A program made the position numbers and the translations under genes. From the IMG/VR virus record IMGVR_UViG_2778261386_000007: a stretch of 38,978 nt of DNA. One strand, written 5' to 3'. The notes below the pieces were generated by a model that was not told the origin of the DNA, ran no database searches, and saw only the letters and a list, made by a program, of their open reading frames with translations. This DNA is from a virus. Its lineage: Duplodnaviria; Heunggongvirae; Uroviricota; Caudoviricetes. Of this stretch, positions 8,282 through 16,545 are shown in pieces (position 1 is the stretch's first letter; each line of letters opens with the position of its first letter).

Positions 8282-8772
8282 TCATGAGTCTTTTGAATGA
8301 AGTTCAGAAATACATTGAAGCCCATCCGGGGTGTACTTCCGGAGACATTGCGGATGCTTTTGCAGGTTACTCACGGCAGCGCGTTCTGCAGTCAGCAAGC
8401 AAGTTACGTCAGAGTGGGCGTGTGGCTCACCGTTGTGAAGGGGATACACGCAGACATTTCCCGCGCCTGACTGAGAGAGCGCAGGAGGCGGAACCGCAAC
8501 CAGTTCGTGAAACCAGACCTGTGCGCAATTTCTATGTCAGCACTAACGACCCGCGGGAGATTTTGTGCCTGACCCGCCAGGCTGAAGAACTGGAGTCCAG
8601 GGGCTTATACCGTCGTGCTGCAACGGTGTGGATGGCGGCATTCCGTGAAAGCCACTCCCAGCCAGAACGAAACAATTTTCTGGCGCGTCGTGAGCAGTGT
8701 TTACGGAAAAGCAGCAAGCGCGCTGTATCGAGTGATGAGTGGTATCTGTCAGGGAATTACGTGGGGGCGTAA
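8278..8772 (+). CDS. Putative transcriptional regulator with PerC-like C-terminal domain (164 aa)
   Basis: C-terminal segment QAEELESRGLYRRAATVWMAAFRESHSQPERNNFLARREQC resembles PerC/Pch-family regulators as I recall them; N-terminal part looks like a winged helix. Confidence 0.45.
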   Translation: MIMSLLNEVQKYIEAHPGCTSGDIADAFAGYSRQRVLQSASKLRQSGRVAHRCEGDTRRHFPRLTERAQEAEPQPVRETRPVRNFYVSTNDPREILCLTRQAEELESRGLYRRAATVWMAAFRESHSQPERNNFLARREQCLRKSSKRAVSSDEWYLSGNYVGA

Positions 8773-9098
8773 TGACGACGTTAACTCAATGCCAGCAGCA
8801 GGTGCTGGATATGCTGATTTCTTACCAGAAAGAACGTGGCTTCCCGCCAACCAATCAGGAGGTGGCAACCATGCTGGGATATCGTTCGGTGAATGCAGCG
8901 GTGGAGCATCTTCGCGCACTGGAGAAAAAAGGCGTCATCACGATAAAGCGTGGCGTGGCCCGGGGGATAACGCTTCATACCGCGGTGAAGGACGACGACA
9001 GCGAGGCGGTCGGGATTATCCGCTCACTGCTTGCCGGTGAGGAAAACGCCAGGCTGCGTGCAGCCCACTGGTTACATGAGAGGGGCCTGAAAGTATGA
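8772..9098 (+). CDS. LexA-N-terminal-domain-like DNA-binding protein (108 aa)
   Basis: ATG at 8772 overlapping upstream stop; MTTLTQCQQQVLDMLISYQKERGFPPTNQEVATMLGYRSVNAAVEHLRALEKKGVI matches the LexA DNA-binding domain pattern; no peptidase domain. Confidence 0.5.
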   Translation: MTTLTQCQQQVLDMLISYQKERGFPPTNQEVATMLGYRSVNAAVEHLRALEKKGVITIKRGVARGITLHTAVKDDDSEAVGIIRSLLAGEENARLRAAHWLHERGLKV

Positions 9099-9484
9099 AG
9101 TTGATCCTTCCTTTCCCGCCCAGCGTGAACACGTACTGGCGACACCCCAACAAAGGGGCATTTGCTGGTAAGAGCCTGATAAGCGCGGCGGGGCGAAAAT
9201 TTCAGAGCGCGGCGTGTGCAGCAATAGTTGAGCAGTTACGTCGTCTGCCAAAACCAACGTCGGCACCTGCTTCAGTGGAGATCGTGTTGTTTCCTCCGGA
9301 TAACCGGATCCGCGATCTGGACAACTATAACAAGGCGCTGTTTGACGCCCTGACCCACGCGGGTGTGTGGGAAGACGACAGTCAGGTGAAAAGAATGCTG
9401 GTGGAGTGGGGACCGGTTATCCCGGAAGGGAAGGTCGAGATCACTATCAGTAAGTACGAGAAAACGGCGGGTGCAGCCGCCTGA
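9095..9484 (+). CDS. rusA: Holliday-junction resolvase RusA (129 aa)
   Basis: MKLILPFPPSVNTYWR... with the DxDN catalytic-region motif (IRDLDNYNKALFDALTHAGVWEDDSQV) typical of RusA. Confidence 0.88.
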   Translation: MKLILPFPPSVNTYWRHPNKGAFAGKSLISAAGRKFQSAACAAIVEQLRRLPKPTSAPASVEIVLFPPDNRIRDLDNYNKALFDALTHAGVWEDDSQVKRMLVEWGPVIPEGKVEITISKYEKTAGAAA

Positions 9485-9503
9485 TTAAGAGGAGAAACGA
9501 AGT

Positions 9504-10301
9504 ATGAATAATCTGATGGTTATTGATGGTATTGAAGTTCGTCGTGATGCTTATGGGCGTTACAGCCTGAACGATCTGCACAGGGCTGCTGGTTCTCTGG
9601 ATAAGCATAAGCCTGCATTCTGGCTCCGCAATGAGCAAACTGAGCGTTTAATAAGCGAGTTGCAGATTTGCAACTCGGTCAATATAGAGCCAGTTAACGT
9701 TATTCGTGGCGGAAATAACCAGGGGACGTATGTCTGCAAAGAACTGGTGTATGCCTATGCAATGTGGATCAGCCCGTCATTCCATCTGAAGGTGATCCGT
9801 ACTTTCGACATGGTAACCAGCGCACCGGAAAAATTATCCGGACAGGCTGCTGACAAGATGCAGGCTGGTGTGATTCTGCTGGACTTTATGCGCCGGGAAT
9901 TAAACCTGTCTAACTCTTCAGTGCTTGGTGCCTGCCAGAAACTCCAGGAGGCTGTTGGCTTACCGAATCTGGCACCGCGCTATGCCATTGATGCTCCTGC
10001 TGATGCACACGATGGCTCAAGTCGCCCCACGCTGTCTCTGAGTGCACTGCTGAGGCAGTATGGTATCCGCCTGACGGCTAATCAGGCATATCACCAGATG
10101 GTGAAGCTGGGGATCGTTGAACAACGCGAACGATACAGCCGTACCGCGATTAACAACATCAAAAAATTCTGGTCACTGACAGCGAAAGGCTGCATGTTCG
10201 GCAAGAACATCACCAGTCCCGCAAATCCGCGCGAGACGCAGCCGCATTTCTTCGAATCCCGATTCCCTGAGCTGTTAAAGCTGCTCGATACCGTACATTG
10301 A
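9504..10301 (+). CDS. KilA-N domain protein (antirepressor-like, 265 aa)
   Basis: N-terminal region DGIEVRRDAYGRYSLNDLHRAAG...KPAFWLRNEQTERLI is characteristic of KilA-N domains; AAGGAGAAACGAAG upstream of the ATG. Confidence 0.65.
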   Translation: MNNLMVIDGIEVRRDAYGRYSLNDLHRAAGSLDKHKPAFWLRNEQTERLISELQICNSVNIEPVNVIRGGNNQGTYVCKELVYAYAMWISPSFHLKVIRTFDMVTSAPEKLSGQAADKMQAGVILLDFMRRELNLSNSSVLGACQKLQEAVGLPNLAPRYAIDAPADAHDGSSRPTLSLSALLRQYGIRLTANQAYHQMVKLGIVEQRERYSRTAINNIKKFWSLTAKGCMFGKNITSPANPRETQPHFFESRFPELLKLLDTVH

Positions 10302-10302
10302 G

Positions 10303-11298
10303 GTGACCGTGAGAGCACTACTGACCCCTGAAATTGCCCCGCGTATGGGGATCGTATTGTTCAGACCAGGTTCAGAGCTGATGCCCCTGTTTATGCAGGG
10401 GCGTGTCCTGCTGGAGCCTGAGCCGGAACGTTATTCATCTTTCGCCAGTGGTGCCGTTCCGGCGGCATCACAACCGCTGGCGGATGATCCTACCGTTCGG
10501 GCCGTGTTCCGCAATGAGGCAGTGATCCGTCGTGCTGGTGGCGTGGAATGTCTTGAAAGCTGGTTACTTCGTGAAAAAGGCTGCCAGTGGCCTCATTCCG
10601 ACTGGCACAGCGAGAACATGACCACAATGCGACACGCTCCGGGTGCAATCCGTCTGTGCTGGCACTGCGATAACCAGCTGCGCGATCAGTTCACGGAACG
10701 GCTGGAATCAATGGCAACGGATAACTGTGCCCGCTGGGTGTTGTCTGTTGTGCGTCGGGATCTCGGTTTTGATGACAGTCACGTTGTGACAATGCCGGAA
10801 CTGTGCTGGTGGCTGATTCGTAATGACCTGGCGGATGCCTTACCGGAAAGTGCAGCCCGTAAGGCACTGAGATTACCGAAGCCTGTTGTGCCGTCTGTCA
10901 CCCGGGAAAGTGACCTTGTGCCTTCGGTTCCTGCCACCAGCATCATCCAGGATAAGGCGAAAAAGGTGCTGGCGCTGAAAGTGGATCCGGAGTCGCCGGA
11001 GTCTTTTATGTTACGCCCAAAACGTCGCCGCTGGGTTAATGAAAAGTACACGCGCTGGGTTAAGACACAGCCGTGTGCATGTTGTGGAAAGCCCGCTGAT
11101 GATCCCCACCACCTGATAGGTTACGGTCAGGGTGGAATGGGAACAAAAGCCCATGACCTTTTTGTGTTGCCTTTGTGCAGAAAGCATCACGACGAGCTGC
11201 ATGCGGATACCGTGGTATTTGAAGAAAAGTATGGCTCTCAGTTGGAGCTGATATTTCGTTTTATCGATCGTGCGCTGGCAATTGGCGTGCTGGCCTGA
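10303..11298 (+). CDS. DUF968-type nin-region protein with C-terminal HNH-like Cys/His motif (331 aa)
   Basis: C-terminus PCACCGKPADDPHHLIGYGQGGMGTKAHDLFVLPLCRKHHDELH; common lambdoid nin-region gene; GTG start per ORF track. Confidence 0.6.
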   Translation: MTVRALLTPEIAPRMGIVLFRPGSELMPLFMQGRVLLEPEPERYSSFASGAVPAASQPLADDPTVRAVFRNEAVIRRAGGVECLESWLLREKGCQWPHSDWHSENMTTMRHAPGAIRLCWHCDNQLRDQFTERLESMATDNCARWVLSVVRRDLGFDDSHVVTMPELCWWLIRNDLADALPESAARKALRLPKPVVPSVTRESDLVPSVPATSIIQDKAKKVLALKVDPESPESFMLRPKRRRWVNEKYTRWVKTQPCACCGKPADDPHHLIGYGQGGMGTKAHDLFVLPLCRKHHDELHADTVVFEEKYGSQLELIFRFIDRALAIGVLA

Positions 11299-11315
11299 TT
11301 TTGTGGAGAAAGTTG

Positions 11316-11693
11316 ATGCGTGATATTCAAATGGTTCTGGATCGTTGGGGAGCATGGGCGGCGAGTGATAGTTCAGGAGTAGACTATTCTCCTATAGCTG
11401 CTGGGTTTAAAGGGCTTCTTCCCTATACAAGCAAAACACGTCAGGCATGTTCAGATAGTGATGCATTAATTATTGAAGGTTGTCTTGCTCGTCTAAGGCA
11501 AAAAAGGCCGGACGAACATTCGCTTCTTGTTGCCCATTACCTATACGGTATCTCTAAAAGAAAGCTCGCCAAGGCTCGTAAAAAGGATGAGAAACTAATA
11601 CGCATTGAGATACAGATGGCTGAGGGGTTTATTGATGGCTGCCTATCGATGCTGGAAATTAGTCTAGAGATGGACCCCGAAATTAAAGATTGA
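11316..11693 (+). CDS. Late-gene antiterminator Q (QuuD/phage-82 type, 125 aa)
   Basis: MRDIQMVLDRWGAWAA... start and ...MAEGFIDGCLSMLEISLEMD C-terminus match my memory of QuuD-type Q proteins; GGAG 8 nt upstream of ATG 11316 (ORF extends upstream to TTG at 11301). Confidence 0.7.
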   Translation: MRDIQMVLDRWGAWAASDSSGVDYSPIAAGFKGLLPYTSKTRQACSDSDALIIEGCLARLRQKRPDEHSLLVAHYLYGISKRKLAKARKKDEKLIRIEIQMAEGFIDGCLSMLEISLEMDPEIKD

Positions 11694-11699
11694 TTATTG

Positions 11700-11724
11700 A
11701 AGCCCGATTACTCGGGCTTTTGTT
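11700..11724 (+). terminator. Hairpin plus T-tract after Q, overlapping the 3' end of the convergent gene
   Basis: AAGCCCGA-TTAC-TCGGGCTT followed by TTGTT. Confidence 0.45.
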
Positions 11725-12727
11725 CCACATCTCGAACATAGAGAATTACTGCTGACTTAATGTCACCATCGACGTGTTTTGCGTTAATGCTCAAATGTAC
11801 AGGCTTTCTTTCCCACTCAGCTCGCTGCAATGCTTCTTTGTTTCCGGATTCATCAAGGAAAACATCCTGAACTACGCAGGTTAGACGTTGGTCGGTATCT
11901 ACGCGTCGGACCTTAACTTTGAAACTCTCTGGGTCAGTATTATTGACTTCTTCAATTCGGTAAATACCATCAATCCTCATTTCTGATGAACGTCTACGAG
12001 CATTCGTAACCAACTCTTTCGCCATTTCAGAATCAATAGTAACGCCATCAATTTGAGCGTTATCTGAACGCACAAAGGATTTGACCATTTGGGTTTTAGC
12101 GTCATACGACATACGGTCCATGTTATCGAGAAGTGGTTTTTCCGCAATCATTTCTGAAATAACCCGCAGGCGTTTAGTTTCTTGCTCGCTCATGATCTGC
12201 ATAGTCCGGAGATGTTCTTTCTCTCCATCCTTAGCAATTTCTGCAAGGCGAATATCTTTACGGTTGTCCAAGAACCGTTTAAATACTGTTACTCCGCCCC
12301 AGATGACTGCTGCGCCGAGAACAGTAAACATGATCTCAGTTGCGTTCATTTTACCAACAAGTTCCTGTGTGAGTTTGGTTAAAAAGCCATCAATGTTGAT
12401 TTCTACTATTGAAGAACCCTGTTCTACCGTAACTTCTATTTCTAGGGCATCAAGTTCTTCTTTGGTCAGTTTGCGGACGTCAGGGACACCGTACTTGGCA
12501 AGGGCATATGATTTGTTGATTTGAGCTTGCATTTCAACAAATCCCTTCATAACTGAAGGTGTTAGCGATCTGTTGAATTTTTCACCGGTTAATCTGATGG
12601 TAAGGTTTGGCCATCCGTTGAAACTTAAACTGTCAGGTAAACCATAACCATCAAGATAGCTTTCAAGCAAATCGAAGGCTTGCTGCTCAGATTCAATGTC
12701 TACATGAATCTCATCAAACTTATCCAA
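11708..12727 (-). CDS. Hypothetical membrane-anchored protein (339 aa), reverse-oriented moron between Q and the late operon
   Basis: TTG start at 12727 with GAGGA 7 nt upstream; visibly AT-rich; one central hydrophobic segment (EIMFTVLGAAVIWGGVTVFKRF) flanked by charged, helical domains; no family recognised. Confidence 0.6.
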   Translation of the reverse strand: MDKFDEIHVDIESEQQAFDLLESYLDGYGLPDSLSFNGWPNLTIRLTGEKFNRSLTPSVMKGFVEMQAQINKSYALAKYGVPDVRKLTKEELDALEIEVTVEQGSSIVEINIDGFLTKLTQELVGKMNATEIMFTVLGAAVIWGGVTVFKRFLDNRKDIRLAEIAKDGEKEHLRTMQIMSEQETKRLRVISEMIAEKPLLDNMDRMSYDAKTQMVKSFVRSDNAQIDGVTIDSEMAKELVTNARRRSSEMRIDGIYRIEEVNNTDPESFKVKVRRVDTDQRLTCVVQDVFLDESGNKEALQRAEWERKPVHLSINAKHVDGDIKSAVILYVRDVEQKPE

Positions 12728-12902
12728 AAATATGTCCTCATTCTAAGCCAACTGTCACCGTGAGGTTTGGCAACGCCTGCTTTATTTTTCGTTTTAAGCT
12801 GTGTGGCAAAAAAATAATGGAAAAACAGATAAAAATCACTAACGCGGTCCGCATTTTCTAGATTACTGTGTTAAGAGTGGTTACTTCGCCACACAACTTA
12901 AA

Positions 12903-12925
12903 CCCGCCGCTGAGCGGTTTTTTTG
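12903..12925 (+). terminator. Short GC hairpin plus T7 tract (candidate tR'-like terminator of a short late leader)
   Basis: CCGC-TGA-GCGG followed by TTTTTTT; short stem, so weak call. Confidence 0.3.
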
Positions 12926-13022
12926 TACCTGTAAACTTGGTGCAGCACAGTAAACACGCTGGTGGTCGTGAATACTGACTTTTTATCTTGCTGGCTTTTT
13001 AGACAAGAGTTATTGGTATGTC

Positions 13023-13250
13023 ATGTTAACCAGAAGGGAAAAAGACATGCTAAAACAGCAAGATATGACAGAAACCGCCGCCGCAGTCCTTCATTTCTTA
13101 CCTGCTGACAAGTGGGTAACGCCACGCATGATGACGAGAACTACCGGAGTAAGCGAAGCCCGGTGCCAGTTAATACTGACTCAGTTAGTTCTGGCGGGTC
13201 TGGCGAAGGATAACGGCGGGTACGGGAATAAATTCAGACGCTGCCAGTAA
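13023..13250 (+). CDS. Small hypothetical protein, possibly winged-helix DNA binding (75 aa)
   Basis: ORF upstream of the methyltransferase; alternative ATG at 13047 has AAGGG upstream; helix-rich with basic C-terminus. Confidence 0.45.
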   Translation: MLTRREKDMLKQQDMTETAAAVLHFLPADKWVTPRMMTRTTGVSEARCQLILTQLVLAGLAKDNGGYGNKFRRCQ

Positions 13251-13400
13251 TGGCGGTTTCCTGCTGTGAAAATGGGCGGCTGGTGGGTGTTGGTAGCACC
13301 TGCCAGCCATTCGCTCATGCTTACTGGTCACAAGCGAACCACGGCCCACTGCTTTAGCGCAAAAGCAGAGTGAGCCTACCAGAGTTACGCTTACTGATCC

Positions 13401-14453
13401 ATGAAAAATACTGTAAAAATAAACAGTGTTGATTTAATCAACGCTGATTGCCTGCATTTTATTCAGTCCCTGCCTGATGATTCCATTGACCTGATTGTTA
13501 CCGATCCGCCTTACTTCAAAGTGAAACCTAACGGTTGGGACAATCAGTGGAAAGGGGACGAAGATTACCTTAAGTGGCTGGACCACTGTCTGGCCCAGTT
13601 CTGGCGGGTGTTAAAACCTGCCGGAAGCCTTTACCTGTTCTGTGGGCATCGCCTGGCATCTGATATTGAGATCATGATGCGTGAACGTTTCAACGTGCTT
13701 AACCATATCATCTGGGCGAAGCCGTCCGGACGTTGGAATGGGTGTAATAAAGAAAGTCTGCGCGCATATTTTCCTGCCACAGAGCGCGTTCTGTTTGCTG
13801 AACATTACCAGGGGCCATATCGCGGCAAAAGTGACGACTATGCGGCAAAAGAAAGGGAACTCAAACAGCACATAATGGCACCGCTGATATCGTATTTCAG
13901 GGATGCTCGTGCCGAACTGGGTATAACGGCAAAACAAATTGCCGAAGCCACAGGTAAGAAAAATATGGTTTCCCACTGGTTTGGTGCCAGTCAGTGGCAG
14001 TTGCCGAATGAGGCTGACTATCGGAAGTTACAGGCACTGTTTTCCCGTATAGCGGCAGAGAAGTTTCAGGAACAACAACTGGAACAACCACACCACCAGC
14101 TGGTGGCATCTTATGATTCACTGAATCGCAAATATTCTGAATTGCTGGATGAGTTTAAATCTCTCCGGCGCTATTTCTCCGTATCAGTCTCCGTGCCTTA
14201 TACCGATGTCTGGACGCATAAGCCCGTTCAGTTCTACCCGGGTAAACATCCGTGCGAGAAACCGGCGGATATGCTCCGGCAAATAATCAATGCCAGTAGT
14301 CGACCTGGTGATCTGGTTGCTGATTTCTTTATGGGATCCGGTTCCACAATAAAAGCAGCAATGGCGCTGGGGCGTCGGGCGTTAGGTGTTGAACTTGAGT
14401 CAGAGCGGTTTAATCAGACGGTGAAAGAGGTAAGTGAACTGGTGGGGAAATAA
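13401..14453 (+). CDS. DNA methyltransferase, beta-class (motif IV DPPY before motif I), probably N6-adenine (350 aa)
   Basis: IVTDPPYF near the N-terminus and DLVADFFMGSGSTIKAA near the C-terminus give the circularly permuted order of beta-class N6A/N4C enzymes; no cognate restriction gene recognised nearby. Confidence 0.85.
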   Translation: MKNTVKINSVDLINADCLHFIQSLPDDSIDLIVTDPPYFKVKPNGWDNQWKGDEDYLKWLDHCLAQFWRVLKPAGSLYLFCGHRLASDIEIMMRERFNVLNHIIWAKPSGRWNGCNKESLRAYFPATERVLFAEHYQGPYRGKSDDYAAKERELKQHIMAPLISYFRDARAELGITAKQIAEATGKKNMVSHWFGASQWQLPNEADYRKLQALFSRIAAEKFQEQQLEQPHHQLVASYDSLNRKYSELLDEFKSLRRYFSVSVSVPYTDVWTHKPVQFYPGKHPCEKPADMLRQIINASSRPGDLVADFFMGSGSTIKAAMALGRRALGVELESERFNQTVKEVSELVGK

Positions 14454-14460
14454 TTCTGGT

Positions 14461-14486
14461 GGCCACGTTGCGTGGCCTTTTTATTT
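14461..14486 (+). terminator. Rho-independent terminator between methyltransferase and holin
   Basis: GGCCACG-TTG-CGTGGCC followed by TTTTTATTT. Confidence 0.6.
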
Positions 14487-14529
14487 CCAACACAGCACCC
14501 GCAAATATCGCGAGGTGAGAGATGACGAA

Positions 14530-14856
14530 ATGCCTCATAACCCAAATACCTGGCTGGACTTGGTCCAGAGCTGGTGGCGTGGAGACACACCGCTGGGTGC
14601 AGTGATTATGTCGATCGTTATGGCTGGTTTGCGCATCGCCTATTTTGGCGGTGGTGGTGGCTGGAAGCGAAAAACGCTCGAGATTTTGCTATGTGGCGCT
14701 CTGACGCTGACCTTTGCATCCGCTCTTGAGTATGTCGGATGGCCTAAATCACTTTCTGTTGCCATTGGTGGTGGGGTGGGGCTGATCGGTGTCGATGCTA
14801 TTCGTGGGGCTGCAATGCGAGTAATCGGTAACAAATTTGGTGGCTCTAAGGAGTAA
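14530..14856 (+). CDS. Holin (lambda S-like, 108 aa from ATG 14530)
   Basis: Hydrophobic TM segments (GAVIMSIVMAGLRIAYFGGGG, LEILLCGALTLTFASALEYVGW, LSVAIGGGVGLIGVDAI) and charged C-terminal tail; immediately precedes the endolysin. Confidence 0.78.
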   Translation: MPHNPNTWLDLVQSWWRGDTPLGAVIMSIVMAGLRIAYFGGGGGWKRKTLEILLCGALTLTFASALEYVGWPKSLSVAIGGGVGLIGVDAIRGAAMRVIGNKFGGSKE

Positions 14857-14859
14857 TTT

Positions 14860-15336
14860 ATGCAGGTACTAAATTCCCAGCGTAAAGCTTTCCTTGATAT
14901 GGTGGCTTGGTCAGAAGGAACGGATAACGGACGACAACCGACACGTAACCACGGTTATGACGTTATTGTCGGTGGTGAACTCTTCACTGATTACTCCGAT
15001 CACCCTCGCAAACTTGTCACGCTAAACCCGAAACTCAAGTCAACAGCCGCCGGACGTTACCAGCTTCTTTCACGCTGGTGGGATGCTTACCGTAAACAGC
15101 TTGGCCTGAAAGATTTTTCTCCAGAAAGCCAGGACGCTGTAGCTCTGCAGCAGATTAAAGAGCGTGGCGCTTTACCGATGATTGACCGTGGCAATATTCG
15201 TCAGGCAATCGACCGTTGCAGCAATATCTGGGCGTCATTACCTGGTGCAGGTTACGGTCAGTATGAACATAAAATCGGTGACCTGATTGCACGGTTTGAA
15301 GAGGCTGGTGGGGTGATAAATGAAGTTGAGCTATAA
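14860..15336 (+). CDS. R: Endolysin, lambda R-type lytic transglycosylase (158 aa)
   Basis: Near-identical over most of its length to my recollection of lambda R (NSQRKAFLDMVAWSEGTDNGRQPTRNHGYDVIVGGELFTDYSDHPRKLVTLNPKLKSTAAGRYQLLSRWWDAYRKQLGLKDF...). Confidence 0.93.
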   Translation: MQVLNSQRKAFLDMVAWSEGTDNGRQPTRNHGYDVIVGGELFTDYSDHPRKLVTLNPKLKSTAAGRYQLLSRWWDAYRKQLGLKDFSPESQDAVALQQIKERGALPMIDRGNIRQAIDRCSNIWASLPGAGYGQYEHKIGDLIARFEEAGGVINEVEL

Positions 15337-15712
15337 GCTGGTTATCGCTGCTTTCTTCGTTACTGTCATTGGTTCTTTCATCTGGTCAGCCAACCACTAC
15401 TACAGCAAATATCAGTACGAAAAGAAACGTGCTGATGAGGCTGAACGAAATGCTGGATCAGCAACAGCCATTACCAATAACGTCCTGCAATCACTGCAAA
15501 TCGTCAATACAGTACTGGAGGCTAACCAGCATGCAAAACAGCAGATCGCACTGGAGTCACAGAGAACCCAGGAAGATATCAAAATGGCTGTTGCGGATGA
15601 TGATTGTGCTTCACGTGCTGTGCCTGCTGCCGCTGCTGACCGGTTGCGGAAGTACGCGGACAGTTTACGTGAGCGTTCCGGTGGCACCACTGCCACCCAG
15701 CCTGACTTCTGA
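15320..15712 (+). CDS. Rz: Rz-like inner-membrane spanin (130 aa)
   Basis: N-terminal TM (LVIAAFFVTVIGSFIWSANHY) followed by a charged coiled-coil region; start overlaps the endolysin 3' end. Confidence 0.68.
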   Translation: MKLSYKLVIAAFFVTVIGSFIWSANHYYSKYQYEKKRADEAERNAGSATAITNNVLQSLQIVNTVLEANQHAKQQIALESQRTQEDIKMAVADDDCASRAVPAAAADRLRKYADSLRERSGGTTATQPDF

Positions 15713-15854
15713 TACTCCTGTACCGTTTATACCTAATCCGCTGACGTATGGTGCCAGTCTGGAGCTGAATGTGAGTCTGTTGTCTGCGCTGGCTAACTGC
15801 AATCGGGATAAAGCTGATATTCGTAAAATAGATGCAGAGAGAACTAACCATTAA
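15597..15854 (+). CDS. Rz1: Rz1-like outer-membrane lipoprotein spanin (85 aa), overlapping Rz in another frame
   Basis: MMIVLHVLCLLPLLTGC signal peptide with lipobox LLTGC, proline-rich mature part; begins inside Rz and extends 142 nt beyond its stop. Confidence 0.6.
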   Translation: MMIVLHVLCLLPLLTGCGSTRTVYVSVPVAPLPPSLTSDTPVPFIPNPLTYGASLELNVSLLSALANCNRDKADIRKIDAERTNH

Positions 15855-15875
15855 GCAATAAAATTGTCAAATTAA

Positions 15876-16502
15876 TCAGTTGTCAAATGAATATACGTTA
15901 AAGGTATATGTCGACATAATTTCACCAAGTACCTCAATACATACACTTTTTTTATGAAAATTACTGGGAAATGAACTTAGCTCCTCAAGACATTGCACAT
16001 AAGTGCTGATATCACTTGCATCACGTTCAAGGAATTTCACTTGACCAAAAGAAGGAGTTTTAATCTTGGTTCTTTGCTGGATTATATGGATAAAGTGTGT
16101 AGTTGGTGAAACTATTACTCTTGAAATATCGGAAATGATGTCTTCTTGAACTTGCCGATAAAGTAAATCCTTTGGGTAATGGTGTTTTATCTCGATGGTT
16201 GCAACATTGCCATTATGTTCAGACGTTAATATCGACTGGTTATAAAGTGATATGTCAACAGCGCCGATACCGAGTTTTGGATGCTCACTTAAAGCAGTTA
16301 GTGTGCTGATTTGATTGAGTATAACAACTAACTCATCACGTATTTGTGTTTCATGTTTGCGATTGTAGAAGTAGCCATTCAGTTCATTTAACTTTTTATG
16401 CATCCTATCGTGACTAATTGCTTCGATCAGTAAATCCTGAATCATACTTTTCTCTAGGTAATCCGAACGGTTGTAAGTGACAGTATTGTGCTGGCATGTC
16501 AT
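15876..16502 (-). CDS. Hypothetical protein (208 aa) with possible PD-(D/E)xK nuclease-like motif; downstream gene of an AT-rich reverse cassette
   Basis: Visibly AT-rich; hydrophobic-D ... hydrophobic-E-x-K spacing (GIGAVDISL, then 22 residues, then TIEIKHH); alternative ATG at 16445; no family recognised. Confidence 0.55.
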   Translation of the reverse strand: MTCQHNTVTYNRSDYLEKSMIQDLLIEAISHDRMHKKLNELNGYFYNRKHETQIRDELVVILNQISTLTALSEHPKLGIGAVDISLYNQSILTSEHNGNVATIEIKHHYPKDLLYRQVQEDIISDISRVIVSPTTHFIHIIQQRTKIKTPSFGQVKFLERDASDISTYVQCLEELSSFPSNFHKKSVCIEVLGEIMSTYTFNVYSFDN

Positions 16503-16545
16503 TAATATGTAAAGGTATTGTGAATGCCAGAAAGATAACGAAGTA

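Noticed and set aside
13251-13400. Hairpins between the small ORF and the methyltransferase as terminators
   Set aside because: Inverted repeats (for example CTGCTTT-AGCGCA-AAAGCAG) are not followed by a T-tract; possibly regulatory but not supportable as terminators.
11694-14460. Shiga-toxin or other known toxin cargo, or tRNA genes, between Q and the lysis genes
   Set aside because: No A/B-toxin-like ORFs and no cloverleaf-like tRNA sequences in the interval; the cargo is instead an unknown membrane protein and a methyltransferase.
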